Below, in pieces: positions 10,988 to 22,443 of a stretch of 64,000 bases of DNA. How positions within the stretch are numbered: the stretch's first letter is position 1; the number at the start of each line of letters is the position of its first letter. The notes under the pieces are model-generated. The model worked only from the letters and a program-made list of their open reading frames with translations. It made no database searches and was not told where the DNA came from. The stretch is from positions 16,120,001-16,184,000 of the forward strand of contig CM060731.1 in assembly GCA_030704615.1 (NCBI GenBank), written 5' to 3'. A program made the translations under genes and the position numbers. The DNA is from Takakia lepidozioides. Its lineage: Eukaryota > Plantae > Bryophyta.

Positions 10988-11324
10988 CCCGTCTTCCTAT
11001 GGCATTTGGTGCCATGGCCTTGGCTCGCGCTGATGTGGCATCTGCTCACGCTGACGTGGCCCGAGCGTGGGCTCACGCCACGTCAGCCCCGCGTAAGCCT
11101 GCGCTCACGCCGTAGCGTTGCTCGTGGTTAAGAAACCACCCTTTCGATCATAAGAGTGTAAATGTAACTTTCTTCCAATTTCCCAATTGTGAGAATTTGT
11201 TGCCCTCTGTGGTTGTGCTATCTTGTGGCTGTGCAATCTAGCGACATTGACAACTCCCTCGGAGGGGTCTTGTCTCTCTCTCAGAATCAGCACTACACTG
11301 AGATTTAAACTCAGGGTGGGAATT

Positions 11325-11568
11325 TTGAGGCTGAGCCTAAAGCCCTAGTCCTGTTGGAATATAATGGAAGCTCACACACAACAAGTTGATGTTTGTGTGA
11401 AGGGATATCTCGAAAAACCAAACTAATCATCTTCACTACGGTAAGTCAGGCTATTGAGTGAGCCCCTAACAACGTAGCATCTATTTCTTTTTGTTCCTTA
11501 CAAAACTACTAGACACACGATTGATGGCCACAAAGCTACGATACTTACTAGACAATCTTACGAGTACA
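11325..11568 (+). mobile_element. Old 3' fragment of the RTEX-like LINE family
   Basis: GAGGCTGAGCCTAAAGCCC...TTGTGTGAAGGGAT...ATGGCCACAAAGCTACG...TCTTACGAGTACA aligns with 59881-60132. Confidence 0.8.
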
Positions 11569-11572
11569 TTAA

Positions 11573-11795
11573 TCTCTCTGTAGGCTGGCAATCAGAGGGC
11601 TCAACACCTCCATGAAAATCCGTTCAAGTGTTCAAGAAGCTTGAGACAATTCAAGAAGTTTCGATTTTTTGGGGCAATCCGGGCAGGTTCCAAAAAATGA
11701 TGACGATGATGTGGCATGATGATGATGACGTGGCACTAGGGCACCCTATTCCTGCTCTACACTAAAACTAGTCTCCGACATTCAGTCATCGCTAG
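11573..11795 (+). mobile_element. Small non-autonomous rolling-circle-like element, copy 2
   Basis: Reads A|TCTCTCTGTA...GGCTCAACACCTCCA...GATGACGTGGCACTA...ACTAGTCTCCGAC...TCGCTAG|T. Inverted homologue of 2359-2678; TC...CTAG between A and T fits the Helitron insertion rule. Confidence 0.55.
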
Positions 11796-14527
11796 TATAA
11801 GAGGGGTCAGTACATCCAATCGAGACCTCTTCATTCATCCACGAGCTATCATCCAAATATCATCTAAATCTCATCCGTTCACACGACTGTGTTTGAGTAC
11901 ATACGAGTATGTACACATAGAGGGAGTCGTGTTCATATTGTAATGCGTACACATAGAGAGCGGTGTATGCGTATAGGAGTACCCCGGGGGAGTCTGAAGG
12001 CATATGCCGGATTTTGGCAGGTTCTATTGCGGCCCGCGTCGGATATACCCTGGATGCTCTCCCCACTTTACACGTGCCTGCTCAACCTGTTTCACGTCTG
12101 TCGGAAACCGTGGCCAGAAAGCCATTTAACGAGCAGAATTAGGAAGTGGATGGGCCGACCGGGAGCGAACGCCGACCGGTAGCGGAAGCAAAACGGGCTA
12201 CGACACAATCCGCGCTGTTGCTCTGGTTGGCCCCACCCCTGGAAAGCATCTGAGTGGCAGCCAATGGGAGCCACGGCTGCTTCTGGTCCACAATCGTCTG
12301 TCCAATTAGGGTTGATCCTTGAAGCCTCACATGTGCAGCCACGTGCCTGTATTTCGGGGGTGAGACCTGGATCCGTAGAATGCCAAATAGGGAGACGAGG
12401 AGTAGAAAAGCTGGCCGGGCGAGAGAGAGAGAGAGAGGGCACAGCATTCTTTGCTGCCCAATTGTAGTCTGTCTCCGCTGAGCATCTCTTGCATCTCAGG
12501 TGCGGAGCTCTGGGCTTTGCTATCGCTGTGGGAGCCGTGCCTACGTAGCAAGTATTATTTCTGTGGCAAGCAGGCGATCTCGATGAAGAGCAGTCAACAG
12601 TCAGCGAGTTTTCCTAGTTTGAACATTTGACGCTGCATAATCTTGTCTCTTCGGACTTGCTCTGTCGAGCACATCTATCGGGTTTTTGGTCGACATTACG
12701 TTTGTACTACTTCCACGAAGATGCGTGGCAGCATTTTGTAGCGCTTCACGAATCGAAGCTGAGCTCAACATAAGCTTGCAGAATCTTCGTTCGGTATGCA
12801 TCAGGACCCTATCAGGACTGTCATTTTCTCTGCTTTCTACCCAAGAGGCTCCTTGTAAGGTCTCTGTAAGTCGGGGAGACAGTATCCACATGGAGACAGT
12901 CCTCATGGTGCCCACCTTTTTTGCACACGTGTGTACACACACAATTTATTTTTGACAGGGATCATTTGTGGTTGCGGGACTCGGCCTTTAGTTGAGTTTC
13001 GACCATCTTGAAGATTTCCAGTTGGTTTTGCTCCACATGAGCAGTGAATTCCATAGAATTGGTGTTAGCCATGCAGTTTATGTTTTGAACTCGTATTTGT
13101 CAATGTAGGAGTTCGGGCCTCGGTAATCTTGATGGTAGCACCTGGGACAGAATAGCAAGTGCTATGATATTAAACTTGTTCAAATATATAAACTCTAGTC
13201 CTGAAAATGTGGTTTCTTGGTCGAGGTCCAGCTGATAGATCTATAAGGTTGTTTAACACGGATATATACCTGTTGAATCTATACATGTGGATTCTCTCGA
13301 TCGATCAATTGTTTTCTCCCGAGCTTTCAAAATTGATATACACTGCGATCGACGGTCTTCAAATGTGCTGTTGTACGCTACCCTCTTGCCTGGACTAATT
13401 CTAACCGCTTTCACATGACTGGTAATATGTTTGTACAGCAATGGAGTACGGGACAGTCCAGTTTCTCGTGTTTTGCCTGATTATTATTCTCATCAAGGAG
13501 AGCTTAGCGGGTCTGTGAGGCCATTTGCCAATTAGGTCTGGCACTCTCCGATCACTGTAACAAGCACATCACTGGAGAAGAACGGGATGAGGACGGTGGG
13601 GTAGAAGATGGAGCTAGGGCCGTCTGTGGCAGGGCCGAGAGCTTAAAATTATGGCTGCCCATCTACGACAGCTTATAAACAAACATAGGAACGGTGTTGA
13701 ATAGCGAACCTCAAGTATGAGAAATTACAGTACTATCATGTTGTGCATGTATGATGTGCGGTGTGAACATCACACCGCGGAGACTTGCGGCCATAGAGCA
13801 GGCTGTGGGGCGGTACCTTCGGGGGACGTTCGGCAGCTCATCATGTAATATAGTACACCGAAAAGAATAGAGATAATCTTAGACTGAGTTTAGGATGGTC
13901 ATTCTTCGACCTGATTGTATACCTATGCCATCATCTTGCTTTGCACTGTGGGTTGTGATCACACTTGCCCAGCGAGATCGATGGCTTCAAATGCTGGAGC
14001 ACGAATTTGACAGTGAGTGTGTGTTTGTAAAATGCTCGGTTTCAAAGGATTCAGCTTGCAGATAGGAATACCCGCATTGTCCTCCATCCTTTCTGTATCG
14101 CTGTGAGCACCTGGCTCTTTGAAATCTTGCTCTCTTCTCTCTCGCAGCTCGCTTGGTGTACCTGATCACAAGATCTGATTGGCATCTGAACGATGCGTTT
14201 ATGATCCGCGTAAATATGATATCCCTGCACGTCATATTAAATGAAGGATACAGCACCAAATTATCCAGAATACCTTATTCTGGTGCTGTATCTACATATA
14301 TTAGAAATAATAGGGCATCCCCTCAATAAAAGGTTTCTGTTACATTTTTAAAGAAAAAATAGGGCATCCACCCCTAATAAAGTGGCATCCAGCCGGCTCA
14401 TGACGGTCCCATGTTCATTATTAAAACCGTTTTTGCAGGAGCACAAGCTCAACCAAGAAAAGGTTATGAGCATGGAATCTCATATTTGGCCGACTGCGTG
14501 GTACAGCCATTCTCAAAGCACTAGCTT

Positions 14528-16130
14528 ATATGTGGCTTATGAGCTAGAGGATGTGGCCCCGCGAGAGCACTTGTTCTCGGATGGTAAAGCATTACCATCT
14601 GAGTTGCATACCTCCCTATCATGAGAAGGGGGATGTAGTGTTGGTAAGAGCCATGGAATGGACAAGAGAATGACCACAATTGCAGTTGTCAGGAATGGCA
14701 CAAGTTTGTGGCATTTTGTGGTTAGGCGTTTGACTCACTTCAAGGTTACTTGAATTAGTCATGGTGAACCCAGTGCGTGGATAAGCCAAGAGGCTTTATG
14801 TATAACTATAACACTCTCAATGTAGGAAAAATATGGATTTTACCTCCTTAGTCTTTCCTTACCATCAGTACGTCAGTAGTCCTTAGTTCCTTGAAAATGT
14901 TGTAATTGTGAATAGAATCGATTTTCCCACAGCTCAAAGTTTTACCTCTTGAAGATGGAGTAGGATATTGTGTAGTTTTCACTGTTGGGAATCACATGCT
15001 CTTTTCGAGGCCCTTTGGAGATGTATGAATACCAATTTTTTTTCCACATACACCAAATTTTCCCCTACATGTGTCTAGAGGGATAGGGTAAAGTCTTTGA
15101 TTTTACATTCTACTCCATAAGGGAACATTTAAAGGCCATTTGTAGGCTGTAGTTTGCTTACAAATGGGCAAAGGTGTGAATTTGTATATGATTAGCACAA
15201 CCAACGTCGTCACCAGGCCACCTTTGTGTATCTTCTTTAATTACACACATACCTATCAGTTCATGCTCCAAGGCTACGTACGCAGAAATTGGGCTTGGGC
15301 TAGTGACTGTGGCATAATAGTCTCTTGAAAAAATGCTTGCTTCACACCTCGAAACTTGTGGATGAAATCTAACTGTGTCACTTTGGCTTTCCATGTCCAC
15401 GAATGGCCCCCAACTGCACATCTGGTTCGATTACTACATAGTCCCCTACTCTATACACCTGTCCATGCAACAACAAGCAAGAGAAAACTTGCATTGACGT
15501 ACTGAATAATGGCAAAAGGTCATCATTGAAGCCATGAAGACTCTAATACCTTTGCAAATACAACGTTATTGTTGTGAACTGGTGTGTGAAAAATACTCGT
15601 TAAATGTGACTTGGCTTGATCTGATTTGATGGAATAATCACAACATTTGACAACTCCCTCTTGAATGGGTAGCACCAGAAAACATCATGACACCCGTGCT
15701 TTATCACATCATCTAAGATCTATTCACTCACTACATAAATATTTCACAATTAAGTACTTACAATAATTATAAATTACAACAAGTACTTACAAAATTTACT
15801 TATGACAAACACTACAAAACATAGTATTAAAAAAGATTATGCATGCAACGTGTTTGAGTAAATTCTTTTCATTGCTCATGCATATTTTCTACTATGGTTG
15901 TAGAAAAGACGTCCGATTTATGTTCAAAACATCCATATAGCTCCCGGAATAGACTTTGGAGCAATATTCAGTGATCAAGAATATACGGCAAACACCACAT
16001 ATTCCAAATATGGAATTCTTCAGCGTTGTAGTAACCCAAAAAAGATAAGTTCCGAGGCCATCTAGTCCCAAGTCTGACATGTCGAAGCTTCTTCATAGTT
16101 TGCATTGTCAGGTCAATGTCCTGAGCCTTT
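14528..16130 (-). mobile_element. Degenerate transposase-like relic, possibly EnSpm/CACTA-like
   Basis: The minus strand near 15985-16130 reads KAQDIDLTMQTMKKLRHVRLGTRWPRNLSFLGYYNAEEFHIWNMWCLPYILD, resembling the RWP..G.(F/Y)KAEE..W.LP motif I associate with CACTA-like transposases. 15144-15428 carries WKAKV...FF..DYY, also present at 6765-7050. Confidence 0.4.
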
Positions 16131-19058
16131 CCATTTTATTAATATGCCTCTCGAATTCGGCACTCTCGCCCGTTCGTTCTGGCAAGACAACTCCCATAAT
16201 TCAATGAAATTACAATGGCAGCTCAGTAGCAATGAAGAGGAACGTCAATCTAGCTAACATCCGTTACCATAGTCGACCTCTGCTCGAATCGCGAGAGTTG
16301 CTGCTTGAAATTGTTGGTAGGCATCGCTCATCCCCTTGCTCATCCCCTTTGAGCCTTGCTCATTGTCATGATCTTCAGGAAAAAACACAACGTCAAAACA
16401 TGAGTGCTTATTGTACTGATACCTTACGCATTAGCATTGCAAAATACACCATGGAAACTCGAGCATATTGCTAAGTACTAATAATGCTTGCGAGAGACAA
16501 GGGTAAACAAGATCTCGAAGAATATCAAAACCATCAAGGTACTCATGTAATTGCCTCAAACTTGAATGACCATAGATTCCTGCCTCACGTGCCAATGCAT
16601 TTTTTTCTCTTCAATCTAGTAATTCATGCCAATTAGCCAACGCCATCGTAGTGCTCTCCACAGTTCGGGTGGTAGGGGGTACCTCCTATTATCATGATAT
16701 TCTACTAAACCATTGTTGGTTTGTATACCTCGTCATCTTGATGCAACTTTGTGGCGTCTACAACAAGAGTACCCACCCACTTTTAACCCTCCAATCTCAC
16801 ATTGGGGTGGGTGATCTCCAGTCCACATGGTCACCATCGCACGTAATGTAATTGGTTCAGTATTGGAAATGAAGGGGAGTTTGTCACTAATGGCATCTAT
16901 AGGGTATGAATACAATACTCTCTCATCTTTGGTCTAGTCTCTTCTATCTCATCTCTCTCATCAGCTCGTACTCTCTTCATCAGTTCGTCACTCCAATTTC
17001 TTTGTCGTCTTTGTTAGACTAATCATCTTTATTACACTCATCCTCTTCTGATATCCTCTTTTTGCATTTTTTTTAAGGTAACATTCTTTTTTTCTAGTTC
17101 AGAGACCATGGGTTCGGCATCAAGAAGAGCTCTTAAAGTTGTGTTTCTTCTTCTAAACAGAGCTGTTGTCAAGTTTGCTGAAGAATCTATCCAACCGCAT
17201 CAGGACAGTGATGTAGTACATGCAGCTGATGTGATTGTTCCATCTTTTTGAGAGTCTAAGGATCTACATTTGTTCTACTTGTATTTGGTCAACAAGAAAT
17301 TAGGAGGTTCTCCATACAAGAGTACCTTCGTACTAGATTATTAGATTAGACTACTTTTGAGCTTTAGATAAAGCGAGATATCTGCACGCCACTAAGAGGG
17401 GAGCCTATGCGGATTTTGCGTTCCAATTCCCGAGTAAGTTGTTTCTTAGACAGTATGAAATTTGGCACCACATTTCACTATCGGGTGGAATATATGAAAT
17501 TGGAATCAGTCTAGACTAGCATTGCTTGTTTGCAAAATTTGCAGGTGTCTGTTGGTACTTATGGTCTTGGATTATCTATTAACACTAGTTCATGTACAAC
17601 ATATTATTGAATTGTATAGCCGAATGAAAGTACAACGTTCATAAGTTTGAAATGTGATGTTTAGAGTGATGTGTTTGTGGTCTCATGTCATTGGTTTATA
17701 TGGAAAGGGATGGGACGACATACATGTGTAAGCATCATCTCCAACGTTGCAGGCTCCACACAATGCACTTAAACAAGTTGCTGTGCAATCTAGATACCAC
17801 ACTTGGACCCTAGCTTTAAGAGAAAGAAGCTCTAGGTGCAGATCTTTGGACTCCAAGTTCAAAAAGCATGTGAATAAGTAAGTTATCCAATCTTGGTCTA
17901 TCTGAGATCATGTTGTAATGCTGATTATGTTCGTGTGATGTAGTTTGGTACTTGAAGTTTACTTGTTTTAGTGGTATACTATGTTTGGGAAGGATGTTGA
18001 TGGGTACATAGAAGTTGCACCAGTTGTGAAAGTAAGGAAAATTGTGTCTATAATTTTTTTTCTAGGGAGCCCAATTACGCATGTGAAGGTTGTACAAATC
18101 AATACTTATGGAATACCTTTCGATTGCCATTTTGCCATGTGACACTTTAGGGTGTATTCCCTGATTACAAGTGAAAATAACAAATTGAAACACTTGATGT
18201 TTCTAAACATTCTAAAATGGTTGTTTTTACCAAGATTAAATCATTTGATGTTTCTCACATTTTAAAATGGTTGTTTTTGGTTTGAAGGTGGCTGAGGAAT
18301 TCCATCAGTGAGAGTCCGATTATTTACAGATGGAGGGATTTTCCGGATAAGTGCAGTAAATGATGCATCCATGCAAATAAATTTTCATTTTTCCATATGG
18401 GAATGATTACGTGCCCTTGTGAATCACATTGATGATTGAAATTACATATGAGCAAACTGACTGCAGATCCATAGTATGCAAGATAAAGATAAAAAGCTCT
18501 TATCTAAAGTTGTGAAGTTTCCGTGACTTTAGAGAAGAAGCTACTAGAGCTTGGGAAGCTCGTATTAATTAGGGCTTCATCACGAATACATCTTCCTCTC
18601 CTCTTTCAGATGCTCATTACAATACTGTGGTCTGGTGTGGCCAGGCTTCCCCACACTAGTCTACTCATGCTCCCGTGCAGAGAGCAATATAGCTAGCCAG
18701 ATTAGAACATAAATGGGGGGCTCTACAAGAGCATTGTCTTTGTAATGTAGCTCTTGACTCTGATCTTCATCTCGCATAGGATGTTGACTAGAACCAGGAG
18801 ATAAACACTCTAGCCAATCATTCAAATAATTATGTGCAAGAATTTTAATTGATTAATCCATGTAGCTCCAACATTCAAATGGTTGCATCATGAAGGTATC
18901 CGTAAACTAGCATTGTGTCTGGCACCCCATTCATTCCTCCCACTCCAATCTACATTTCTCTTGACATTTCCTATCATAGTGAAAAACCCCTTCTGGAAAT
19001 TGGGACCCTTGTTTATTGCCTTGACGATTGCAAGGGATACCTTTCAATATCATAGCTC

Positions 19059-19150
19059 TGAGTAGCAATGAATAAGAATCCTTGTAGTGGTCTATATCTA
19101 CAGGTGAGTAGCAATGAATAAGAATCCTTGTAGTGGTCTATATCTACAGG
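19059..19150. repeat. Perfect tandem duplication, 2 x 46 bp
   Basis: TGAGTAGCAATGAATAAGAATCCTTGTAGTGGTCTATATCTACAGG occurs twice. Confidence 0.95.
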
Positions 19151-19470
19151 TGATGCTCCCGGCCTTGGAAAGAGGCCCACGGGACACCGATAGGCCAATA
19201 CCCCTTGTCTGCATTCTCTCTATGTACTTGCTCCCATGCGCCCAAGAACATGGGAGCACACAAGATTTTGAATAAAAAGACAAAATATATCATGGAATAT
19301 TAAGTTGGGACTTTTTTTATCCAAAAGTACATGAAATGAAAATTTGGACAAGATCTTTAGGTTGGCAGGCTCCGACACATTTGTTGAACTGGATTTGGGT
19401 GCTTATTTAAAGGGTTCAAAATAAACTTTTCTGAGTAGTATAGTAATTTTAGTGATCATGACTGAAAAAT

Positions 19471-19990
19471 TGGAGACAGGTTTGGAAGGATGTCTGGCGC
19501 AAAGACACGCCTCCTAAAATCTCTGGTTTCTTATGGGAACTTGTCAATCGAATCGGCCTTCATGTCCACACTTTCATTACTGGAGGCTCTCCCCTTTGCC
19601 ATCTTTGATCTATGCAATGTCCAGAATCTCTTGAACATTGCTTGCTTGACTGTTACATAGCAAAAGAGACATGGAAATTAGCCCGAAGGTTCTACTCTAA
19701 ATGGAGATCTGATATCTCTTCTGTCGCTTCTTAACCTCTTTGATGGTTGCTCTTGGAGCTCTTGTCCAGTGGGCAACACTTCGAGCTCTGGTGCTCTAGA
19801 ATATTTGGAAATGAAGATGTTCTCTTGTGTATGATGATGTTAGAGTCCCGTGTTTAAGAGTAATCATTTATAGGGTTCACCCAGACATTATGTCTGAAGC
19901 TCACAAGGCCTAGCGGGTGTTATGTGAAGCTCTTTGCAGATGCGACCAAGATCGCCGAATGCAACTTCTCTCACATTTTGACAACACATG
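19471..19990 (+). mobile_element. Decayed L1-clade LINE ORF2 C-terminus (zf-RVT region)
   Basis: WRQVWKDVWRKDTPPKISGFLWELVNR...CHL*...ESLEHCLLDCYIAKETW, followed by WATLRALVL*NIWK*RCSLVY. These are typical L1 zinc-finger and WxIWKxRN motifs, with stops. Confidence 0.8.
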
Positions 19991-21729
19991 GGGCCATGGA
20001 AATTTCCTCTGCCCCATAACCTCAAAATTACATGGCACAGGCTCTACCTTCGTGCTGGCAGCTCCCATAATGCGAGGCTGTCCCCAACCGATGGTGAAGA
20101 AAGAGAAGTTCATTAGAGGCACTACCGTAGCTTTAGGAAGGGTAAAGCAAATATGCACACTTGTACTTTGAGCCTCGGAAAGGGAAAAGAGGTAGTTTCT
20201 AGGACTCTCATGTAGTTCCGATCTCTTCTTCTCTCTATGTCCTTCTCTCTTCTTCATGCTTTGGTTAGGGGGTGGCGTCCCCTCTATCAGCCTCCATGGC
20301 CTCCTTCAAGGGATTTTTTTTTCCAGTGCAACTCAGTGCACTGTCCAACTGAGCTACTGACTGTTGGTTATAGTTTTGTATGTCGTCAATGACTAAGTGC
20401 GGATCAACGCGGAGCTTCGGTGTCTTTTAATCGTCACTAATCATGCAAAGCAATACGAAGCCTACTAAGTTCTCTTAGACCCCCACTTATGCTGGTAGAG
20501 CACTGAGTATCTCACCCAAGTGATTCTGGGTATAGACTTTTGCTCCTTCCCTTGGGCGCCGTCCAATGAGCCTTGCGCTCACTCCCTCATGGCGGGGTTA
20601 GTTTGAAAGACATTATTCTCTTCTCTCACTGTGATTAGAAATAAGACTGGCAGTTCTTTACAAAGGGAAGGATTAGGGGGAAAAAAAAACAGAAGGAATG
20701 TGATGGGCAGGCGGGAGCATGGTGTGAGCCGGCCTTGTATTCTTCCTCGACTGGCAGCCCGCTCCCGTAGCTTGCTGAGAAGAGTGGTCCACCGCGTCGC
20801 AAGCTCGTAAATTATAAAAGGACAGTGCAGCTGGGGAGCATACAGTAGTACTGTAGGTGAGACGATGGGGAGCAGATGCTGCAACATGCAAATGGACAGA
20901 TATTGTTGGCCTTCCTGTCTTCTTCCTATGCATCCTAGAGCTCTGTGCCCATGCTCTGCGCAAGAATATTCAGTTCGCAAAGGAGCTTAAGCTGAGTAGA
21001 TAGAGAGCGGCCGGCTCTTCTGCAAAGGTGGGATTTATGAATTTCCCCATGTTCTTGAGGAAGGGACATCGTTTGAACCTTGACTTGAGTTTCTTGTGCA
21101 CTGAGCCACAAACAGCATCGGTATGCTCCTTAGCACATGTAAAATGTGCCCCGGCTGTTAAAGTAGTTTCTTTGTCTATATAGGACTGCGAAAACTTCAA
21201 GCCTTGATCAACTGAAACACGGGGGCTGATTCCTTCAAGCGCATTTGACTTTCACTCGGTGCCTTATCTCGTGCAGATTGGCCAAGTTTTCAGGGTCATC
21301 AGGGCTGCACACGCAAATGAGAACGATCTGAGAGTGGTACTAGTACTTAATGGGGGCACCCTCCCGGAGTTCGTGTGCACATTGTCCAGATTACCAGTGC
21401 TCGGTGGATGACATTGACAGCCTTGCTCAATCTACAGTAGATGTCAACTGGTGGGAGTTATACATTTCAAGAGGAATTGAGATGGCCCTGCTCTTTTCTA
21501 CTTCATTTTCTACCTTCTTCCAGACTTGTGCCCGAGCTTGGTGAACGCCTTCACAGGGGCTTCAGAAAGAAGAGAAGAAGTAAGTCCATCTTTGGTCAGA
21601 GGTGGCTGCTATATTCTGTGAGGGGGAGGGAGACGCTTATTGTCCATAACTTCTCATCAGGGTCACTAGTCCTGTTCCCCCGTCTCTGCAGCACCTTAGA
21701 GACAAGCTAAGTTAATTAGACATTCGAAG

Positions 21730-21860
21730 ACTAAGACTAAGGCTAAGGCCATACGGCAAAGGTTGCAAGCTAAGACTAAGACTAATAAGGCTAAGGCCAT
21801 TTGCAAACTAAGACTAAGGCTAAGGCCATACAGCAAAGGTCGCAAGCTAAGACTAAGACA
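21730..21860. repeat. Compound CTAAG(A/G) hexamer repeat with ~40-bp higher-order units
   Basis: ACTAAGACTAAGGCTAAGGCCAT-like blocks occur three times, two of them followed by (G/A)GCAAAGGT(T/C)GCAAGCTAAG. Confidence 0.85.
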
Positions 21861-22443
21861 GAGCAAGTTCATGCAGGGAGCGTGCAGCCTCCAGCGTTGC
21901 ACAACGTGTCATCATTTGGCACGTCCGTCTATCTGCCCACGTCGGCGGCTTTCTATTGGAGGAAACCGTAATAAAGGAGCGATTGGATAAATAACGGTAT
22001 AATTATAAATAAAATAAATAGAAAATAAAATACTCTTATTTACCAAGAAAGGTGGCGGACTGAGTTCGGATGAAGCGGGCAGCTGGCAGTTGGCCGGGAA
22101 GGTGAGGGTCGTAACTGCCGGTCTGCCGTGGAGCTGCTGCGCTTGCGATTGGATTGTCTCTCTCTCTCATCCCCCTTCTCCTGCTCCCCTCTTTTGGGTT
22201 CTCTATGTCTGGAATTCTTGACTAATCTTGGCAGGTGGGTCCCGAAGAGCTTGATGTAGACTCTCGTGTTCATTAATGCATAATCCGACATTTGACTTAC
22301 ACTTTTGTTTCAGGACTAAGTGTGCAGCTCTCTGCTCTCTGTCTGTGTCTGTCTCTCTCGCTCTCTTACATCAGTGTGCATAACTGATTGAGACTCAGAA
22401 ATAGTAACAGGAAAGGAGGGCAGAAAGGCGGAAGGAAGAGATC

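Noticed and set aside
9050-11115. ORFs rich in F/G/P/N in the six-frame track
   Set aside because: They are translations of low-complexity T-rich and ACCCG repeats and of the 116-bp tandem duplication.
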